30,915 nt of DNA from Deltaproteobacteria bacterium (GTDB taxonomy: Bacteria > Desulfobacterota > DSM-4660 > Desulfatiglandales > HGW-15). The stretch spans positions 1-30,915 of the forward strand of contig JAHECH010000001.1 of the NCBI GenBank assembly GCA_024641835.1, in the 5' to 3' direction. The notes beneath the pieces are model-generated. The model saw only the letters and a program-made list of their open reading frames with translations. It was not told the origin of the DNA and made no database searches. Positions 26,740 to 30,915 of this stretch are shown piece by piece; the first letter of the stretch is position 1, and each line of letters starts with the position of its first letter. The position numbers were made by a program, and so were the translations under genes.

Positions 26740-26878
26740 TAACCTTGTCCTTTCCGCAATTCCCGAACAATTATGAGTATCCGGTCGAACGAGCACATAC
26801 AAGAGCGACCTAAGCTAGATTCGAATGAATTTTGGACAGGTGCCTCCTACCATGGTCACCCCATCCACCTCCCCGTCG

Positions 26879-26927
26879 AGTGTGTAACCGGGTCCCAAGA
26901 GTTATCTGAACGCATTCACGTTTGCAA
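26879..26927 (+). repeat. 49-bp direct repeat, copy 1
   Basis: AGTGTGTAACCGGGTCCCAAGAGTTATCTGAACGCATTCACGTTTGCAA; 45/49 identical to 30739-30787. Confidence 0.9.
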
Positions 26928-27216
26928 ATCATTATAGCCCTCCGTCACCGCTACCTGACTTCACCATTTCCATCCTCCTCCAAGATCTTCAACCCAAACT
27001 CCCAGCAAGTAAATCCGATCATAATCACTAGGAGCAAACGGAAGAGAAAGCCCGGCCAGCAAGGCCGGTAATACTTACTGGGATAAATCTAGGCTTTGGA
27101 ATTGCCATTTCGTTGTGATGGCAGGCAGTTATGACGATTTCGGTGTTATCAACCTATGAAATGCGAGTTTGGGGCAGAGCGCACAAAGAATGGGTAAGTA
27201 AAGCACGAAATCAGAA

Positions 27217-27603
27217 TTATCTTGGATTCCAATTCCCTTGAGAATCATAGAAAGGACATTGAGGCTGCCCGGCCGCATTCCACAATGCGTCAAAAGCAGG
27301 CTTCAAAATGGTTTCAGGAGGCCATGTGACATCTTCAACGAAGATTTCCGGGACTATAAGATCGTTCCTATCTATCAAATTGGTTTGAAATCCAGCTGCT
27401 CGGATGCGAGTAGGTAAATTGTATCCCTTTACTCCAAGGAGAGATAAAAGCACAAAAAAGGGAGGTTCAGCGTCAAGCCTGTTTTGAATAATGAAGAATC
27501 TCCCTAATGCCTTGACCAATTCCTTTTCAAAATCCGGGCTCGGGATTAATGGCGGATTTCTATCCAGATTAAAAAGCGTTGTAGTGACAGATTCGATGAC
27601 GCC
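27217..27603 (-). pseudogene. C-terminal remnant of an AlbA/Schlafen-associated protein
   Basis: Open frame GVIESV..LIPSPDFEKELVKAL..VLLSLLGVKGY..PEIFVED..LKPAFDALWNAAG..FYDSQGNW; N-terminal half missing. Confidence 0.55.
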
Positions 27604-29290
27604 AGAGGAACTCAGAAAACTTGTTGAAGAGATCCAACAACGTCAGAGCGAGTCTGATGATGTCGAGGTGAAGACAGCGAAGGGTGGAACCCCCAAACGG
27701 CTTTATGAGTCCCTTTCGGCTTTTGCCAACCGCCCTGGGGGAGGAGTGGTTGTATTTGGTCTGGACGAAGCCCGCGCTTTCGAGATCGTCGGCGTTGGCG
27801 ACCTAAAGCGCCTGCAAGAAGAGCTCAGCAGTGTGGCTTCGGATCAAATGGAGCCGGCGCTTCGCCCTGCGTTCACCATAGACGAAATCGATGGCGAAAT
27901 AGTGGCTGCAATCGAGGTCGAGGAAGTCTCTGCAGCTCAGAAGCCCTGCTTTTACAACAATGCGGGCCTGCCAAAGGGCGCCTACATCAGGGTGGGGAAT
28001 ACCAACCGGCCTATGACCGAATATGAAGTTTTCGGCTATTTGAGCGGCCGCGGCCAACCATTAAACGATGAAGAAATGGTCCCAAGCGCTACGGTTGATG
28101 ACCTCAATCGGGAACTCCTGGACCGCTACCTGGACCGGATGCGGAAGGCCAGGCCGAGGGCGGGATTCTTGGAGGGCCCCATTGAGGACGTCTTGGTGCG
28201 GTTGAACGTAATGCGGCAAGATAAGGGTATCCTGCGTCCCACTCTTGCAGGCCTCCTCATGTTCGGCAAGTATCCACAAGAATTCTTTCCGCAATTGATG
28301 ATTACATTCATCCAGTATTACGGCACCACCGAAGAAGAGAAGACTCCTCACGACGCGCGATTTGTGGATAATCGATCTTTTGAAGGGTCTATTCCGGAGA
28401 TGGTGGAACAGGCTGAAACCTATGTGCTAGGGGCCATGCGTAAGTCTACCCTGATACAAGGACTTTTTCGAAAGGAAATTCCGGAATACCCCCAGGAAGT
28501 AGTGCGGGAGGCGGTGTGCAATGCGGTGGCCCACAGGGACTACAGCTCCTATGTCAGGGGGAGTTACATTCAGATCCGGATGTTCGCCGACCGGCTTGAG
28601 GTTCAGAGCCCAGGCGGACTCTTCGGGAATGTGACAGTAGAGAATATTGAGGAGGAGCATTCCACTCGCAACGCACGCCTCATGCGGATGATGGAAGATA
28701 CGCACCTTGTAGAGAACCGTGGGAGCGGTATTAAAGCCATGCTTTACGCCATGCGGGCAGCCAACCTAGAACCGCCCCGCTTTGATGACCGGCGATCCTC
28801 TTTCAAGGTCGTTTTCATGAACCACACCCTTATGAATCCCGAAGCTATTGCCTGGTTGAACCAGTTTAGCGGACTGGAGCTCAATGACCGGCAGCGCCTC
28901 GCACTGGTTTACCTGAACCATCATAATGCCATAACAAACAGCGAGTACCGCAGACTCAACCACGTAGATACTACAGTGGCCGGTCAGGAGCTAAGGGGGC
29001 TGGTTCAAACTGGGCTTGTTGAACAAAGAGGCGCAGGTCGTTGGACTTCTTATTCTCTTAAGATCTTAGCGGGAGCTGCAACAGAAGCAAAGATTGAAAC
29101 AGATGAGGACAAAATTCTGGCCTATGTGAGAGAACACGGCTCAATCAGCAATACGGAATGTCGGGATCTTGTGGGCGTGGACGATGCTCGCGCTTACTAT
29201 CTTCTCACAAAGCTTTCCAAAAAAAGGAAAATACGCCCAAGGGGAAGGGGCAAGGGGCGCCGGTATGTGCTGCATAGTTCAGTTATTTAG
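27596..29290 (+). CDS. AlbA_2 (Schlafen-like) + HATPase_c_4 + tandem wHTH ATP-binding protein
   Basis: EVKTAKGG, SLSAFAN.PGGGVVVFG, REAVCNAVAHRDY, RNARL, ENRGSGI, ITNSEYR and ISNTECR HTHs; start ATG 27596, no clear RBS. Confidence 0.85.
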   Translation: MTPEELRKLVEEIQQRQSESDDVEVKTAKGGTPKRLYESLSAFANRPGGGVVVFGLDEARAFEIVGVGDLKRLQEELSSVASDQMEPALRPAFTIDEIDGEIVAAIEVEEVSAAQKPCFYNNAGLPKGAYIRVGNTNRPMTEYEVFGYLSGRGQPLNDEEMVPSATVDDLNRELLDRYLDRMRKARPRAGFLEGPIEDVLVRLNVMRQDKGILRPTLAGLLMFGKYPQEFFPQLMITFIQYYGTTEEEKTPHDARFVDNRSFEGSIPEMVEQAETYVLGAMRKSTLIQGLFRKEIPEYPQEVVREAVCNAVAHRDYSSYVRGSYIQIRMFADRLEVQSPGGLFGNVTVENIEEEHSTRNARLMRMMEDTHLVENRGSGIKAMLYAMRAANLEPPRFDDRRSSFKVVFMNHTLMNPEAIAWLNQFSGLELNDRQRLALVYLNHHNAITNSEYRRLNHVDTTVAGQELRGLVQTGLVEQRGAGRWTSYSLKILAGAATEAKIETDEDKILAYVREHGSISNTECRDLVGVDDARAYYLLTKLSKKRKIRPRGRGKGRRYVLHSSVI

Positions 29291-29314
29291 ATATCCAGAA
29301 TTTAATCAGAGAAT

Positions 29315-29347
29315 TTCTGGATAAATTCTGGATAAATCCTGGATAAA
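29315..29347 (+). repeat. Three tandem 11-bp repeats T(T/C)CTGGATAAA, with an inverted partial copy at 29292-29300
   Basis: TTCTGGATAAA TTCTGGATAAA TCCTGGATAAA; TATCCAGAA upstream. Confidence 0.85.
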
Positions 29348-29476
29348 CAGGCAAGATCCTGTAACAGCTAGGAAATTGCTTATCTGATCACTTAGCAATC
29401 AATGGGTGATCGGTGCTGATAGCTTCCGAATAGGCTTTTCTATCCGTGATTCAGATCGAATACCTAAGAGGTAGTT

Positions 29477-30160
29477 TTGGGGAAACAGTACGAAAGTATG
29501 CAGCCACATATCGAGCTCATAACCCCCAAAAGCAGGGAAGATTCCACCTACTTCCGAGATAAAAAGGATGGTGCTCTTTTCCCTCAAATATGGGCGCTGG
29601 GAGACGCATCTATCCTCCAGAGGCCCCTGCTCGGCTTTTTCTGTTCCATCAAATGCCCGGGTGACTTGATTTTGCGGACCTATGATCTGGCTCGGGCACT
29701 GCGAGACGCCGGCGTTCCGGTCATCAGTGGCTTTCATACGCCCATAGAAAAGGACTGTGTGGATCTGCTCTTGCGAGGGAGCCAGCCGGTCGTGGTTTGC
29801 CCTCCCCGCAGCATTCAGAATATGCGCTTGAGCAAAAATCTTAAGGCAGGCGTTGGTGAGAAAAGGGTTCTGCTCCTATCGCCTTTTGAAGAAAAGGTCA
29901 AGAGACCGACCGCAGAGGCATCCCAGCGCAGGAACCAGTTCGTCGGTGCCCTTGCTGCGGCAGTTTTCGTGGCCTACGCCGAACCTGGGGGAAAGACAGA
30001 AGAATTTTGCAAGGCCATACTTACAAGTGGCAAACCTCTATATACTTTTGAAAGCCAATACAACAAGGCCATTGTCGATGCAGGTGCCAAGCCGATTGAC
30101 ACGAAGATGCTCGCCCAATGGGCAGGTTTCTTAAATGCAGTGGTTGTTGATGGTCAATGA
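29477..30160 (+). CDS. Short DprA/Smf-like Rossmann-fold protein
   Basis: LLGFFCSIKCPG, VISGFHTPIEKD, SQRRNQFVGALAAAVFVAYAEPGGKT; TTG start with GAGG RBS. Confidence 0.8.
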   Translation: MGKQYESMQPHIELITPKSREDSTYFRDKKDGALFPQIWALGDASILQRPLLGFFCSIKCPGDLILRTYDLARALRDAGVPVISGFHTPIEKDCVDLLLRGSQPVVVCPPRSIQNMRLSKNLKAGVGEKRVLLLSPFEEKVKRPTAEASQRRNQFVGALAAAVFVAYAEPGGKTEEFCKAILTSGKPLYTFESQYNKAIVDAGAKPIDTKMLAQWAGFLNAVVVDGQ

Positions 30161-30191
30161 GACACATCAAATCTGCTAAGGGAGGGAAAAG

Positions 30192-30470
30192 ATGATACAG
30201 GAACCCACCAAGAAAACGTTCTCGTTCGGCGGCTGCTCGTTCTGCAATACGAGCCCGAAGCGATTGGATTTGAAACCCGACACCAAGATTCTCAATGTAA
30301 TGATGACGTTTGAGGAGGCTCTAAAGCTAAATCTGGCGATCGACGAATGCGTTCGGCGTCTGAATTCCTATAAGCGCAGTACCAAGAGCGGAAGGTCAAC
30401 TGGGCTGAATCTTGCTATCCATCTGGAAGCTGGAAGAGTAACTGTAAACGAGGAGAGACTGCCAGATTGA
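30192..30470 (+). CDS. Hypothetical protein (92 aa)
   Basis: GGGAGG RBS, same strand and 31 bp after the DprA-like gene; no recognised family. Confidence 0.6.
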   Translation: MIQEPTKKTFSFGGCSFCNTSPKRLDLKPDTKILNVMMTFEEALKLNLAIDECVRRLNSYKRSTKSGRSTGLNLAIHLEAGRVTVNEERLPD

Positions 30471-30738
30471 ATGATCGGGTTCGTACCTTGATTATTGATT
30501 AAACAAATCCGCTCTTTCCCTTGTACGCGCAAACAGTGGGACTTGGCGGCATCAGCGATCGAGTCAGGGTCGGCTTCAGGCATTACCTGCCGGTTCAGGC
30601 AGGGCAGAGGCCATGCCCATGGCCCGACGGAGAGGCTTGGAGAAATCTCTGAGTTTCTGTGACAGGAGCCGTCTCACCAGGGAGGGCTGAAGATACGCTT
30701 AGCGAAGAATCGTGGTCATCCCCTCGCTTGATCCCCAT

Positions 30739-30787
30739 AGTGTGTAACGGGGTCCCAACAGTCATCTGAACGCATTCACATTTGCAA
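30739..30787 (+). repeat. 49-bp direct repeat, copy 2
   Basis: AGTGTGTAACGGGGTCCCAACAGTCATCTGAACGCATTCACATTTGCAA. Confidence 0.9.
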
Positions 30788-30800
30788 GGCGTTATTAAGG

Positions 30801-30820
30801 GGTCAAGTCTGCTCTTGACC
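30801..30820. repeat. REP-like hairpin upstream of RAYT
   Basis: GGTCAAG-TCTGCT-CTTGACC, 33 bp before the transposase start. Confidence 0.55.
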
Positions 30821-30853
30821 TGTTTTTGGGATGATTGTAATGTGAGAAACATC

Positions 30854-30915
30854 ATGTCAAGACCGCTTCGCATAGAATATCCTGATGGATGGTACCATGT
30901 CATGAATCGCGGCCG
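30854..30915 (+). mobile_element. Start of a REP-associated/Y1 (HUH) tyrosine transposase, truncated by the window end
   Basis: MSRPLRIEYPDGWYHVMNRG, the typical RAYT N-terminus; not in the ORF track. Confidence 0.8.

Larger units (their letters stand above)
15009..30915. mobile_element. Defence/genomic island, partly decayed; right end not in window
   Basis: Switch from metabolic operon to nuclease/TA/CBASS/helicase genes, many remnants, recombinase tail and att-like site at the left edge, RAYT at the right edge. Confidence 0.75.

Noticed and set aside
27052-27068. Hairpin CCGGCC-AGCAA-GGCCGG as a terminator
   Set aside because: Only a 6-bp stem with a weak, interrupted T tract; not enough support
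17989-30787. CRISPR array interpretation of the repeat pairs
   Set aside because: Only two copies each, kilobases apart, no spacers or cas genes
30742-30797. Possible integron attC site (GTGTAAC..GTTATTA)
   Set aside because: L boxes do not pair, copy 1 lacks the GTT end, and no integron integrase is present
136-30903. Numerous short antisense or nested ORFs in the six-frame track
   Set aside because: They overlap well-supported genes and show no motifs or RBS

Overview
The window has two halves. (1) 33-14684 is a plus-strand, anaerobe-type catabolic cluster: xanthine-oxidase-family 2Fe-2S and Mo subunits, a VOC protein, an HMG-CoA-synthase-like/DUF35 fusion plus thiolase, an etfB fragment, acyl-CoA dehydrogenase, acyl-CoA ligase, a hydantoinase/oxoprolinase A+B pair and a TAT-less reductive dehalogenase homologue. 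Several of these intact ORFs lack canonical catalytic residues. (2) From about 15009 to the window end is a partly decayed defence island. It begins at a large-serine-recombinase tail with a 12-bp tRNA-Glu-like 3' fragment. It then carries an NYN nuclease preceded by a promoter/~65-nt structured RNA/terminator; an AbiE pair with an internally deleted toxin; a DUF6978-like + DUF1828 + Hna-like helicase-nuclease module; a complete type IV CBASS (QueC-like, TGT-like, CD-NTase, SLATT-like 2TM effector, OGG-like glycosylase); an AlbA/HATPase/HTH protein; a DprA-like protein; and the start of a RAYT transposase. The most unusual signals are non-coding: a 174-bp, 85%-identical promoter + structured leader + terminator placed in front of two unrelated defence operons, the RNA-antitoxin-like leader of the NYN gene, and a 49-bp direct repeat pair 3860 bp apart. 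Family assignments come from motif recognition by eye, not database searches; several starts were moved from the ORF track using RBS and gene-overlap evidence.
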